A DNA stretch of 64,000 nucleotides from Acidobacteriota bacterium (GCA_965217775.1 CBDCJH010000002.1:4928001-4992000), one strand, 5' to 3'. Positions 1 to 9,962 are shown, counted from the first letter of the stretch. Numbers and translations: made by a program. The notes: generated by a model from the letters alone, not told the origin.

Positions 1-1073
1 TCTCGCCGGCCGGCCGGGATGAAGACCCCGAGTGCTATCCCGTGACGGAACTCTACCGGCGGCTGCGAGGCCGGGACGACGTCCTTCTGATTCCCCATGT
101 GGGCGGCCGCTGGGCGGACCTGGACTCCTTCGATCCCGAACTGGAGCCGCTCGTGGAAATCTACTCCTCCTGGGGTGAATTCGAATGGCTCCTGAAAGAC
201 GCGTTCGATCGAGGCCTCAGGGTCGGTATCAGTTGCGGCAGTGACGATCACAAGGGCCGGCCCGGCGCCAGCTATCCGGGCGCCGGAACCTTTGGAGTCC
301 AGGGTGGACTGCTCTGTCTCTGGGCCTCGGAGTTGACGCGCGAGAGCCTCTGGGAAGCCCTTCGGGGGCGCCGCTGCTACGGCACCACCGGAGCCCGCAT
401 CGCGCTGGAGTTCGAGACCATCAGCGGCGTTCCCATGGGAGGCGAGGAACGAACGCAAGGACCTCCCCGCTTCCGGGTGCGGGTCGAAGGCACCGGCGAC
501 CTGGAGCGCATTGAACTGCGCCGGGGTACGGAGTGCGTGGACGCTCTTCCTCGAGGCCCCGGGGTTCCCCGCGCGTCCGATGCCGTCCGTGTCGCCTGGT
601 CGGGTGCCAGGAACCGCGGCAGGGACCGGGCCGCTTGCTGGGACGGCGCCGTGGAGGCCGTGGGGACTCGAATCGTCGAGGCCGAGGGCTACGCCTTCGA
701 CTCCCCGTCAGAAGGGATACGCGAGGTCGGGCCGAACCGGGTCTCCTGGGAATCGGTGACCAGCGGCGATGCCGACGGCATTCTGTTGAAGCTGGACCCC
801 GCCGACTCCGGCATGCTCCGGTTCAGAACCGATCGGATCCGATTCGACGTCGACCTGGAGAAGTTGCTGGGCGCCCCCGTTACCCATTCAGCCGGGGGGC
901 TGGACCTCAAGGTTCAGGTCCGGCGCGAGCCCCTGGGTCTGGGCCAAAGCGTCGAGGCCGAGTTGACGGATCCGGCCGCACCCACAGCTCCGGCACCTTA
1001 TTACGTCGTGGTGCTCCAGAAGGACGGCGCCAAAGCCTGGGCCTCCCCCATCTGGGTCTCGCCGGCTCCGTAA
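1..1073 (+). CDS. DUF3604-like / PHP-type metallohydrolase domain protein (5'-truncated by window edge)
   Basis: Frame open from base 3 to TAA 1073. Motifs IPHVGG, VEIYSSWG, GSDDHKGRPG, LTRESLWEALRGRRCYGTTG and AWASPIWV are typical of DUF3604 proteins. Confidence 0.7.
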   Translation, partial: SPAGRDEDPECYPVTELYRRLRGRDDVLLIPHVGGRWADLDSFDPELEPLVEIYSSWGEFEWLLKDAFDRGLRVGISCGSDDHKGRPGASYPGAGTFGVQGGLLCLWASELTRESLWEALRGRRCYGTTGARIALEFETISGVPMGGEERTQGPPRFRVRVEGTGDLERIELRRGTECVDALPRGPGVPRASDAVRVAWSGARNRGRDRAACWDGAVEAVGTRIVEAEGYAFDSPSEGIREVGPNRVSWESVTSGDADGILLKLDPADSGMLRFRTDRIRFDVDLEKLLGAPVTHSAGGLDLKVQVRREPLGLGQSVEAELTDPAAPTAPAPYYVVVLQKDGAKAWASPIWVSPAP

Positions 1074-1215
1074 CTTCCTTGGTGTCGTTCGCGTGGGCTC
1101 CGGACGCCACCGGAGGAAGGCTCGACTCTCACTGCTTGCCCCTGGCTCCCATATTCTCTCCGTCATTTCCATCGAGGAATCAGGAAGCGTCACCACAGTT
1201 GCATAGACTAGCCGC

Positions 1216-1833
1216 ATGATCAATTCCGTTCGCAACGCTCCATCGACGCTGGTTTCCACGCCACCGGTGCGCATTCGCCGGCAGTGTCGTTCCAGGACTC
1301 ATCGTCTGGCCCTGTCCATCGGCGCCGGGTGGGTCGCGCTGCTGTTGGTCTGCTCTCCGGGAAGCCGCCTGGACGCCGCTTCCGACATCACTCTGTTCGG
1401 AGCCTGGGCTCCGGGCGGAACTCTGGCAGCCACCGACTTGCGGGATTTTGCCGGATTCGGCGCGACCTTCGAGAGGTACTTCGCCATCGTAGGATTCGAG
1501 AACACGTTCACCTACTACAACCAGCCGGTGGACATCACAGGGAGTGGTGACGCCGGATTCGGCCTCACCAGCGGCCTGACTCTGAACATCCCCTTCTACG
1601 GAAAGTTCGGCTATGTCGCTGCCGGGGCCGGCTTTTTCCGCAAACAGAGTTCCTTTTCTCTGGACCAGGGGACCCGGTTCCTGAGCAACATCGGGGGCGG
1701 TGTCAAGCTGCGCAAACTCGCGGGTGCACTGGGGCTTCGACTCGACTACAGGCGCTGCAGAATCTCCAATATCAGAGGACAAGCCTACGGATTCAACCAG
1801 ATCTCCGGGGGCCTGATGGTGAGCTTCGACTGA
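1216..1833 (+). CDS. Putative outer-membrane beta-barrel protein
   Basis: Hydrophobic signal-like segment ending LDA-A, alternating amphipathic Gly/aromatic strands, aromatic residue near the C-terminus (GLMVSFD). Start uncertain. Confidence 0.65.
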   Translation: MINSVRNAPSTLVSTPPVRIRRQCRSRTHRLALSIGAGWVALLLVCSPGSRLDAASDITLFGAWAPGGTLAATDLRDFAGFGATFERYFAIVGFENTFTYYNQPVDITGSGDAGFGLTSGLTLNIPFYGKFGYVAAGAGFFRKQSSFSLDQGTRFLSNIGGGVKLRKLAGALGLRLDYRRCRISNIRGQAYGFNQISGGLMVSFD

Positions 1834-2153
1834 TGGCGAATCAGGACCTGCCCGAATTCCTCCAGAGGGTCGTCGAGCGCTATCCCCGGGTTTGGGACGA
1901 TTACGGCCGGCTCAGCCGGACGGTTGGCGGGATCGAAGGCCTCGACTTCCGTTCTCAACGCCTGGTCAAGCTGGGAATCGCCATCGGCGCCGGCCGCAGG
2001 GGAGCCGTTCACTCCCATGCCCGAAAATGCCGGAAGGCAGGCCTGACCAACGCCGAGATCTACCATGCCGCACTCCTCGCCATCACCACCGTAGGCTGGT
2101 CCGGCGCCATTGCCGCACTCTCCTGGATCAACGACGAACTGGGCGAACTCTGA
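1833..2153 (+). CDS. Carboxymuconolactone decarboxylase (CMD/AhpD-like) family protein
   Basis: LVKLGIAIGAG..GAVHSHARK..AGLT.AEI.HAALLAITTVG signature; no CxxC; TGATG coupling to the upstream gene. Confidence 0.85.
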   Translation: MANQDLPEFLQRVVERYPRVWDDYGRLSRTVGGIEGLDFRSQRLVKLGIAIGAGRRGAVHSHARKCRKAGLTNAEIYHAALLAITTVGWSGAIAALSWINDELGEL

Positions 2154-2210
2154 TCCTCGCCGGTGCGAGGACGAGACGGGTCGGTGTAGGAAAACTCTGT
2201 GCGGATCCGG

Positions 2211-2831
2211 CTAGTGAACCGTTTCGGCAAGCCGGCCTTCCAATTCGGGCCGTATCTCGGTCATTCGCTTTTCGATGGCTTCGCGAATCCTGTAGCTCGC
2301 CGCCGCCATGGCGTCCAGAAGACGATCCAGATTGGTGCTCTGTTCCAATTCCCGGGTGTCTCCCTGATTGAGCGTCTCCAGAATCTGTGACACCACCGCC
2401 ATCAATCGAGCCAATAGAAGACCCAGTTGCGGTTCCAGGACGTCAGGGTCGACTCCACGCTGGTCCAGCCTGCGGAGCCAGCGCAGATTCCCGTCCAGGA
2501 TCCAGAGAGCCTGGAAACGATACCGGCCGGCGGTTCGGTCCCGGCCCGGATCGTATTCCTTTTTGATTTGATGCCAGAGGGACAACACCAATCGCTCCAA
2601 TTCCTGCGGATTGCGGCCCGGTCTGGCCCGGCGGCCCTCCAACACCCGGCGCAGCACCGCGTCGGGGCTGGACCCGCCCCGATAGAGTTCGTCCTTGACA
2701 TAGGCTTCGACCTCCGGACCTCTCAGGGCCAAGCCCATTGACAGAAGAGCCGTATCCAGCAGGCTGTAGGAATCGGTTGGAGACGAGCCAACGCTTCGGG
2801 TCTCGGGAGTCGGAACATGATCAGTCGCCAT
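2211..2831 (-). CDS. Hypothetical helical protein
   Basis: Occupies the gap between convergent/divergent neighbours and has a natural amphipathic composition. ATG 2831 is preferred over TTG 2870. Confidence 0.6.
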   Translation of the reverse strand: MATDHVPTPETRSVGSSPTDSYSLLDTALLSMGLALRGPEVEAYVKDELYRGGSSPDAVLRRVLEGRRARPGRNPQELERLVLSLWHQIKKEYDPGRDRTAGRYRFQALWILDGNLRWLRRLDQRGVDPDVLEPQLGLLLARLMAVVSQILETLNQGDTRELEQSTNLDRLLDAMAAASYRIREAIEKRMTEIRPELEGRLAETVH

Positions 2832-2897
2832 ACTTTTCGTCAACTCCGGCCGCGCCTCTCCTGCCGCCAATCATACGCGCGGCCGGTGACGACTCCC

Positions 2898-3048
2898 GGA
2901 AGGAAAGAGAAAACAGGAAAGAGAAAAGAGTAAGAGAGGGGGTGTTCGGGTCAACGGAGAAGAGAACCGAAAACGATCCTGCCGCGGCCCCCAGATCCAA
3001 TCCGACGCGCCCGTCTCTTTCCTCTTTACTCTTTTCTCCTTTCTTCGC
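2898..3048. repeat. Inverted heptamer-periodic purine/pyrimidine arms
   Basis: Left arm AAGGAAA-GAGAAAA-CAGGAAA-GAGAAAA-GAGTAAG; right arm CTCTTTC-CTCTTTA-CTCTTTT-CTCCTTT. 2921-2933 is the exact reverse complement of 3026-3038. Confidence 0.7.
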
Positions 3049-3070
3049 TTCACGGTAGAATTCACGCTGG

Positions 3071-3481
3071 ATGAACGACGAGACCGCAACCGAAACCCCG
3101 GTACTGGACAAGGATCAGTTGGAGCGGCAGAGAAAGGTGGCCGAAGCCCTGGGGGTATCGGTCTGCAGGCGCCATATCTTTCTCTGCTGTGACCAGGCCA
3201 AGCCCAAATGCGCTGACCGTCAACGGACCTTGGAGGCTTGGCAATACCTGAAGCGGCGTCTCAAGGAGTTGAGACTCTCCGAGCAGGGGGGCATCTGCCG
3301 CACCAAAGCCGACTGCCTCAGGATCTGCATGGACGGGCCCATGGCCGTGGTCTACCCGGAAGGAGCCTGGTACCGGCGTTGCGACCCTCCGGTTCTGGAA
3401 CGAATCATCCGGGAACACCTGGTCAGTGGGCGTCCGGTCCGAGAGCATCTCATCATCGAGCACGCCCTGGGCCCGGGCTGA
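3071..3481 (+). CDS. Thioredoxin-like [2Fe-2S] ferredoxin
   Basis: HIFLCC..KPKC and [37 protein letters not shown]. Confidence 0.9.
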   Translation: MNDETATETPVLDKDQLERQRKVAEALGVSVCRRHIFLCCDQAKPKCADRQRTLEAWQYLKRRLKELRLSEQGGICRTKADCLRICMDGPMAVVYPEGAWYRRCDPPVLERIIREHLVSGRPVREHLIIEHALGPG

Positions 3482-3506
3482 GGCGCTGAGGAACGGAGCA
3501 GAAAGC

Positions 3507-4043
3507 ATGCATCGAACAGGACGCCTTGGAAGAACGACAACCGCGGCGGGCGCTTTGCTTCTCTGTTGGGGCGGCCTGCCGGGTCAGGAGGCCGTCTCGT
3601 CGACTCCTCACGCAGTGGCGCGGGACACGTTGCGAGGACTGACCGGCGTTCACGTGGTGGTGGAGGAACTCCGGCCCGAGGCGGTGAAGGACGGCCTGTC
3701 CAAGGATGCCATCGAGGAGAGAGTGGTCCAGCGGCTGTGGGATGCGGGCGTACGGGTCTTGATGGAGGACCAGTGGACCATCGCCGCGGGTGCGCCTTAC
3801 CTCTATCTGAACGTCAACGCCGTGAAGAGCAGAGACCTGTACGTCTACGCCGTGGACCTGCAATTGAATCAGACGGTGAAACTGGAGCGTCTCCCCGCCG
3901 TCGCCGTGGCCGCCACCACTTGGGCCACCGGGTGTCGCGTCGGCGCGGTTGCGGCCGACTCGGTCCGGGTTCTGGCCCAAGTGGCCGCCCAGTCCGTGGA
4001 TCGATTCATCGAGGACTACAAGACCGTCAACTCGGTAAAGTGA
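3507..4043 (+). CDS. Hypothetical exported protein
   Basis: ATG 3507 after GGAG; N-terminal signal-like stretch; alpha/beta pattern LRGLTGVHVVVEEL..APYLYLNVN. Confidence 0.65.
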   Translation: MHRTGRLGRTTTAAGALLLCWGGLPGQEAVSSTPHAVARDTLRGLTGVHVVVEELRPEAVKDGLSKDAIEERVVQRLWDAGVRVLMEDQWTIAAGAPYLYLNVNAVKSRDLYVYAVDLQLNQTVKLERLPAVAVAATTWATGCRVGAVAADSVRVLAQVAAQSVDRFIEDYKTVNSVK

Positions 4044-4072
4044 CCGCGACGTAACGAGTCTTGCCAGACGGC

Positions 4073-5530
4073 TTACTTTTCGGCGCCGGCCTGTTTCAGC
4101 GCCCGGACGGCGGCGACATGGCCGCGCTGCGCGGCCATCATCATGGCCGTCTGTCCATTCTCGGCCCGCGCGTGCAGCTTGGCGCCGGCCGCCGCCAACG
4201 CCTTCACCGTGGCCGGATCATCCTTGCTGGCGGCGACCATGAGTGCCGTCATCCGCTGTTCGGCCCGCGCGTTGACGTCGGCACCCGCATCCAGAAGTAG
4301 CCGAACCAGTTCGGCGTACTTCCCGGCCGCCGCCCACATCAGGGGCCTCTGTCCACTGTTGTCTTTTTCATTCACCTTCGCGCGGCGGGCGATCAGCGCC
4401 CGCACCAGGGACGCGCGTCCCGCCACGCAGGCCCACATGAGTGGCGTGAGCCCATGCTTGTCCTTGAAATTGACTTCGATGTCCGGGTGGTTGAGCAGGG
4501 CCAGGCCGATGGGCGTGAAGCCTTTCTCGATAGCCAGGAGCAGAGCGCGCTCCTTCTTCTTGCTCCGGGCGTTGACATCGGCGCCGGCCGCCAGCAGAGC
4601 CTGGGCCGCGACGATGTAGCCCCTGCGGGCGGACTCCAGGAGGGCGGTATTCCGGTTTCGGTCCGGCACGTTGGGGTCGGCGCCGGCCGCCAACAAGGAT
4701 TGGACCGAAACGACATCCCCCATTTCCACCGCCAATAGAAGGGGAGTCCTTCCCGCTTTGTCTTTCTTCCTGAAATCGGCACCTGACTGAACCAGAGCGT
4801 GAAGAGTGGCGCCCTCTCCGCTGGCCGCCGAAATCATCAGCGGAGTCCGCCCCGAGCCGTCCAGAACGTTGACGTCGCTGCCGGCCATCAAGAGCGCTTG
4901 CACCATGGCCGCATCCCCGCGGGAAGACGCGAGATGAAGAGCGGTCTCCTTCCGGCCGTTGCGAACCTTGACGTCGGCACCTGCTGCCAGCAGAGCTCGC
5001 ACCGTAGATGCATCGCCGGTCTCGGCCGCGCCCAGCAAGGGTGCCGTCCGCCGGGGGCCACCGTTGTTCACGTCGGCGCCCGCTGCGAGCAAGGCCTGGA
5101 CGGTGGATGAGGCTCCACCTTCCGCGGCCAATTGGAGTGGCCGCCGCTGCTGCCGATCTTCGACCGCCGTGGTCGCCCCCTTGGACAGAAGCGCCTGGGT
5201 GATCGTGGCATCTCCCCGTTCCGCCGCCACCAATAACGGGGTCCTGCCGCTGCCATCAGGCAGATTCGGATCGGCACCCCGGAGCAGCAAGGTCCAGATG
5301 GCGTTCAGGTCACCCCGGTCCACCGCTACCAGCAGCAGAGACCGGCCTCGCCCGTCGGTGGAATTGACGTCGGCGACGGCTCCAATTAGTCTCTCGTAGG
5401 TTTCAACATCCCCCTTCTCGATCGCATCGACCAAGGTTAATCGATCAGATTCGCGAGGGCTGGAGGCGACGGCGGAGGTGAACGAGAGGAGAGCGATCGA
5501 GAAGACCCGCGTGATCATCTTCCACATCAT
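4073..5530 (-). CDS. Secreted ankyrin-repeat protein (~14 repeats)
   Basis: Signal peptide (FSIALLSFTSAVA) followed by 33-aa repeats of G.TPL..A...G....V..LL.AGADVN. Confidence 0.95.
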   Translation of the reverse strand: MMWKMITRVFSIALLSFTSAVASSPRESDRLTLVDAIEKGDVETYERLIGAVADVNSTDGRGRSLLLVAVDRGDLNAIWTLLLRGADPNLPDGSGRTPLLVAAERGDATITQALLSKGATTAVEDRQQRRPLQLAAEGGASSTVQALLAAGADVNNGGPRRTAPLLGAAETGDASTVRALLAAGADVKVRNGRKETALHLASSRGDAAMVQALLMAGSDVNVLDGSGRTPLMISAASGEGATLHALVQSGADFRKKDKAGRTPLLLAVEMGDVVSVQSLLAAGADPNVPDRNRNTALLESARRGYIVAAQALLAAGADVNARSKKKERALLLAIEKGFTPIGLALLNHPDIEVNFKDKHGLTPLMWACVAGRASLVRALIARRAKVNEKDNSGQRPLMWAAAGKYAELVRLLLDAGADVNARAEQRMTALMVAASKDDPATVKALAAAGAKLHARAENGQTAMMMAAQRGHVAAVRALKQAGAEK

Positions 5531-5721
5531 ATCCGGGGATCGCGGCCGCCGGTTTCCGGGACGCCGGCCTCGCGATCATCGGGCCAAGAATAGCACAGTG
5601 TTCCCCCGCGCCCTCCAAGGGAGCCAGGAGGCTGGACCGGACCACGGCCGGAACTTTGTCTCGACCTCTGCTTGAGCCGATCGAGAATGCTTCTGCAATG
5701 CACCATGCCAGGAAAATCGGG

Positions 5722-7278
5722 ATGAAGAGAAGAGATTTCGTCAAGACATCCTTGGGTCTGTCCGCCGCCGCTCTGGGGTCGGCTCCGCCGGCATTTGGAC
5801 AGGGGTTGGAGCCGGCGTCCCAGCCCCGACCCGGAATCCTGAATCTGGCGGGTCGAAAGCAGCTCTTTCTGGACGATTGGCTGACCGAGGAGGAGAACCG
5901 GATCTCCCGCTTCATGTGCCGTCCCTGGAAATATCCGGGAAATCCTGTCCTGGAGCGGGATCGGCCCTGGGAAATGGGGGATATCGCCGGATATTTTCGC
6001 GGAGTACAAATCTTTGGCCAAAACGTCCTCTATGACGAACAGGAACAGATCTTCAAGATGTGGTATCTGCCGTGGGGTTTCCGGGATGGAAGCCGCCTCT
6101 GGTGCTATGCCGTCTCCCAAGACGGCTACAACTGGGAGAAACCTGAACTGGGCAGCTACGACTTCCAGGGATCCAGGCAGAACAACATCATGGCCAATTT
6201 TGGGGATCCCAACTATTTCAACGTCATCAAGGACCCCCATGATCCCGATCCCCAGCGGCGCTACAAGGCCTTGGGCGAACAGGAGGGTCCCATTCCCAAT
6301 CACACCGGAGGCGCCGCCGTGGCCTTTTCTCCCGACGGCCTGAACTGGAATCCCTGGCCCGGGAACCCGGTGATCCGCCACGGGCCCAACCTGGGCGACG
6401 CTCCCACATTGATGGGCTGGGACCCGCTTCGAAAAAAACATGTCCTGTATCCCCGGCCCGGCCATGCTTTGGCCATGGAGATCCACGGCAACGGCGTCCA
6501 CCGGCATATCCGCACCATCGGCTATTCCGAGAGTGACGATTTCATCCACTGGACTCCCACCCGCATCATGCTGGCGCCGGACCGGCACGACCGGGTCGAT
6601 TATCAATACATGTGCTTTACGGCCGGTGTGACCGCAGGCATCTACGTGGGCTTTCTCTGGATGCACGAGACTCACGAGCAGGTGTGGGACATCTTCCTGA
6701 TGACCAGCCGCGACGGGTTCCATTGGAGCTGGGTGGATCGGAAAGTCCCATTTCTGGGCCGGGGTGAGATCGGGAGCTACGACGCCGGCTACATGTCCCC
6801 TTCCGGACCCATTTTTCACGACGGGAAGATCTGGATCTACTACAGCGCCTTCAGTGGAGCCCACAGCTACCGTCCGAGCAAGCTGGGCTCCAAGAACACC
6901 ATATCGGTGGCCTTGGCGACACTTCCCGAAGATCGATGGGTGGGTCTGCTGGCCGGCCCTTTCCAAGGCTCGATCCTGACCCGGCCCTTCACCTTTACCG
7001 GCTCGAAACTGATGCTGGACATCGATGCGTCACTGCCCATGGAACCTCCCAAGAGCTATCGCAACTTCGACGAATGCGAGGTCCGGGGGGCGTTGGTGGA
7101 TCCGTCGGGAGGGAGCATCGAAGGCTTCTCCCTGGAGCAGTCGATTCCATTGCTGGAGAGCGGGCGCCAAGAGTTGCGCTGGCGCGACGGACAAGTCGCC
7201 CAGTTGGAAGGCAAGCCGGTCCGATTGCGGCTGGCGCTGCGGGCGGCGGCCCTCTACTCTCTCCAGTTCGTCTCCTGA
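5722..7278 (+). CDS. Tat-exported beta-propeller glycoside-hydrolase-like protein (GH32/43/130-like)
   Basis: MKRRDFVK twin-arginine signal; repeated Asp-box-like S.DG.NW motifs (SQDGYNW, SPDGLNW, SDDFIHW, SRDGFHW); GNPV motifs. Confidence 0.7.
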   Translation: MKRRDFVKTSLGLSAAALGSAPPAFGQGLEPASQPRPGILNLAGRKQLFLDDWLTEEENRISRFMCRPWKYPGNPVLERDRPWEMGDIAGYFRGVQIFGQNVLYDEQEQIFKMWYLPWGFRDGSRLWCYAVSQDGYNWEKPELGSYDFQGSRQNNIMANFGDPNYFNVIKDPHDPDPQRRYKALGEQEGPIPNHTGGAAVAFSPDGLNWNPWPGNPVIRHGPNLGDAPTLMGWDPLRKKHVLYPRPGHALAMEIHGNGVHRHIRTIGYSESDDFIHWTPTRIMLAPDRHDRVDYQYMCFTAGVTAGIYVGFLWMHETHEQVWDIFLMTSRDGFHWSWVDRKVPFLGRGEIGSYDAGYMSPSGPIFHDGKIWIYYSAFSGAHSYRPSKLGSKNTISVALATLPEDRWVGLLAGPFQGSILTRPFTFTGSKLMLDIDASLPMEPPKSYRNFDECEVRGALVDPSGGSIEGFSLEQSIPLLESGRQELRWRDGQVAQLEGKPVRLRLALRAAALYSLQFVS

Positions 7279-7353
7279 CGACCGGTCGTAGTAAACTGGG
7301 ATCGAGAATCGAACCTGAGGCCGTGCCGTATTCTTGAGGCGGCCCCAACAAGC

Positions 7354-8370
7354 GTGAGGTCGGGCTTGCGGACATCCAGATTCCTCATCACCGGCGGGGC
7401 CGGCTTCATCGGCTCCCATCTGGCGGACGCCCTGATTGCCCGGGGAGACCGGATCGTCGTCGTGGACAACCTGTCCACGGGACGCCTCTCCAACATCCGG
7501 CACCTGCTGGGCCACCCGCGATTCCAGTTCGTTCGGGCCAGCATCACGGATGAGATCGTGATGGATCGTCTCGCCTCCACCTCCGACGTCATACTCCATT
7601 TTGCGGCGGCCGTGGGTGTCCAGCTCATCGTGCAGGACCCCGTCCACACCATCGAGACCAACATCATGGGCACCGAGGCCATTCTCAAGGCCGCCCTCCG
7701 CTACCGCTGCCGGGTTCTGCTGGCGAGTACTTCCGAGGTCTACGGCAAGGGGGTGAAGATCCCGTTCAGCGAGGAAGACGATCTGCTGCTGGGGGGAACC
7801 CAGAAGAGCCGTTGGGCCTACGGCGCCAGCAAGATGATCGACGAGTTTCTGGGCTTGGCCTACCAGCGTCAATACGACCTCGACGTCGTCGTCTTCAGGC
7901 TTTTCAACACCGTCGGACCGCGGCAACGGGGACGCTACGGCATGGTGGTGCCCCGATTCATCCGGCAGGCTCTTGCCGGCGAGCCCATCACGGTCTACGG
8001 GGACGGCTCCCAGACCAGATGCTTCTGCGACGTCAGAGATGCCGCCGAGGCTCTCATCCTCTTGGCCTCGAGTCCCGGCGCAACCGGAAGCGTATTCAAC
8101 ATCGGCAACGATCACGAGGTTTCCATCAACCAGCTCGCCCGGCGGGTCAAGGTCTTGACCGAATCCTCTTCTCCCATCGTCCACATTTCCTACTCCGATG
8201 CCTACGGGAAGGGCTTCGAGGACATGCAGCGCCGTGTGCCCGATCTTTCCAGAATCCAGGCTCTGGTGGGCTGGAGTTCAACCCGGACTCTGGACCAGAT
8301 CCTGATAGCAGTAAGAGACCATGAGCAGCCCCTTCCGGACCGCCGCAGAGTCGAACCCGCGCCCTCCTGA
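7354..8370 (+). CDS. NAD-dependent nucleotide-sugar epimerase/dehydratase
   Basis: TGGAGFIGSHL, STSEVYG, YGASK (YxxxK), RLFNTVGPRQ, GDGSQTRCF. Confidence 0.92.
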   Translation: MRSGLRTSRFLITGGAGFIGSHLADALIARGDRIVVVDNLSTGRLSNIRHLLGHPRFQFVRASITDEIVMDRLASTSDVILHFAAAVGVQLIVQDPVHTIETNIMGTEAILKAALRYRCRVLLASTSEVYGKGVKIPFSEEDDLLLGGTQKSRWAYGASKMIDEFLGLAYQRQYDLDVVVFRLFNTVGPRQRGRYGMVVPRFIRQALAGEPITVYGDGSQTRCFCDVRDAAEALILLASSPGATGSVFNIGNDHEVSINQLARRVKVLTESSSPIVHISYSDAYGKGFEDMQRRVPDLSRIQALVGWSSTRTLDQILIAVRDHEQPLPDRRRVEPAPS

Positions 8371-9487
8371 CGGCCGCTCGCGAGAACCGGTACCTTTTCT
8401 GGATCTGAGACAGCAGACCCGCCTGCTGGAACCGCAGATTACGGCCGCCATTCGCGAAGTCCTGGACTCGGGCGCGTTTATCCTGGGCCCGGCTGTGGTT
8501 CGGCTGGAGGAGAGGATGGCGCGTTACTGCGAACGCCGTTTCGCCGTCGCGGTGGCATCAGGGACCGACGCCCTGCGGCTGACCCTGTCGGCTCTGGGCA
8601 TTGGCCCCGGCGACGAGGTGATCACGACCCCCTTCAGTTTCGTGGCGACGGCCAGCACCATAGTCCGTTGCGGCGCAACCCCGGTGTTCGCCGACATCGA
8701 TCCCGAGAGTTTCAACCTGGATCCCGACCGGATCGAATCCGCCATCAGCCCCAGAACCCGGGCGATCCTTCCCGTTCACCTCTATGGGCAACCGGCGGAA
8801 ATGGACCCGATTCGGGACTTGGCGGCGGCGCGGGGCCTGAGGGTCATCGAGGACTGTGCACAGGCGGTGGGAGCCCGGTACCGCGATGCCGTGGTCGGCT
8901 CCCTGGGGGATGCCGGCTGTCTCAGTTTCTTCCCCACCAAGAATCTGGGGGCTTTCGGCGACGGTGGCATGGTCGTCACCGACAATCCCGATGTCGGCGA
9001 GCGACTGACTCTGCTCCGGAATCAGGGAAGCCGCCACAAGCACCGAGCCGACGTTGTTGGGTTCAACAGCCGGATGGACACCCTCCAGGCGGCCATCCTC
9101 GAGGTCAAGCTGGCTTTGCTGGAGGAGTGGAATTCCCATCGGCGAGCCATCGCCCGCCGTTATGACCGATGGCTCGAAGAAGCTCCCGTCCGGACACCGT
9201 CGGAATCCCGCCGCAGCCGCCACGTCTACAATGTCTATACGCTACGGGCGCCGCGCCGTGACCAACTCGCCAAGCGGCTGGCCGGCCGGGGAATTGGAAA
9301 CGCCGTCTACTATCCGGTCCCGGTACATCTCCAGAAGGCCTTCTCCGACCTGGGGTACGCTCCGGGCAGCCTGCCGGCGTCCGAGACGGCAAGCCGCGAG
9401 GTCATCTCGCTGCCCATCTTTCCCGAGCTGACGCGAGAACAGCAGAGGCGCGTCTGCGAAGCCGTATACGACTTCTACCGGGACTGA
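8321..9487 (+). CDS. DegT/DnrJ/EryC1/StrS PLP-dependent sugar aminotransferase
   Basis: SGTDAL, GDEVIT, VHLYG, IEDCAQA, SFFPTKNLGAFGDGG. Start uncertain. Confidence 0.93.
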   Translation: MSSPFRTAAESNPRPPDGRSREPVPFLDLRQQTRLLEPQITAAIREVLDSGAFILGPAVVRLEERMARYCERRFAVAVASGTDALRLTLSALGIGPGDEVITTPFSFVATASTIVRCGATPVFADIDPESFNLDPDRIESAISPRTRAILPVHLYGQPAEMDPIRDLAAARGLRVIEDCAQAVGARYRDAVVGSLGDAGCLSFFPTKNLGAFGDGGMVVTDNPDVGERLTLLRNQGSRHKHRADVVGFNSRMDTLQAAILEVKLALLEEWNSHRRAIARRYDRWLEEAPVRTPSESRRSRHVYNVYTLRAPRRDQLAKRLAGRGIGNAVYYPVPVHLQKAFSDLGYAPGSLPASETASREVISLPIFPELTREQQRRVCEAVYDFYRD

Positions 9488-9561
9488 TCAGCTCTCCCGT
9501 GCAGGAAGCCGGGCCCGGGATTGATCGGGCCTCCATCGGCGTGGACAGATCAGCCCGCGAC

Positions 9562-9579
9562 GACTTTCACCACGGACTG
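9562..9579. repeat. Solo terminal repeat of MITE family 1
   Basis: GACTTTCACCACGGACTG is the exact reverse complement of CAGTCCGTGGTGAAAGTC, which begins the elements at 29274, 45727 and 50427. Confidence 0.75.
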
Positions 9580-9591
9580 ATATTGGAAGGG

Positions 9592-9677
9592 TGCCCGGAG
9601 TGGGACTCGAACCCACACGGAGGTGAACCTCCTCAGGATTTTAAGTCCTGTGCGTCTGCCAATTCCGCCATCCGGGC
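9592..9677 (-). tRNA. tRNA-Leu(UAA)
   Basis: GCCCGGATGGCGGAATTGGCAGACGC..CAGGA-CTTAAAA-TCCTG, long variable arm, GGTTCGAGTCCC; CCA not encoded. Confidence 0.96.
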
Positions 9678-9945
9678 ACACAATTCTTTCCCATCAAGAC
9701 CTGGATGCAAAAGCCTCCGAAAGTCAACTCACGCTCGATCAGTCGCCTAATGCAAGATTCATCGTGGCATTTGACCGGCGCTGCATCCACGATCTCCGTG
9801 CTGGTCCGAACTTCCGTCCCGGACGACTCGGCTCATGAAGATTCTACCATCCCAGCCTCGACTCCTCAGTCCTGGCCTGATGGGCTGGTGCCATTCTTCG
9901 CCTTGGCCCCGGGGAAGTCTCCCTGTCCGGGCCCTTAACTCACAC

Positions 9946-9954
9946 TGCTATAAT
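9946..9954 (+). promoter_or_regulatory. Extended -10 (TGcTATAAT) 8 nt before gltX ATG
   Basis: TGCTATAAT-CGGACGCC-ATG with no Shine-Dalgarno sequence. Confidence 0.6.
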
Positions 9955-9962
9955 CGGACGCC

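Noticed and set aside
1833-3481. Selenoproteins (UGA read-through) among the CMD and ferredoxin genes
   Set aside because: Both are full length at their TGA stops, and no in-frame TGA aligns to a catalytic Cys.
9592-9960. Prophage or island attachment at tRNA-Leu
   Set aside because: No integrase or duplicated att core in the window; only a solo MITE end lies beside the tRNA 3' end.
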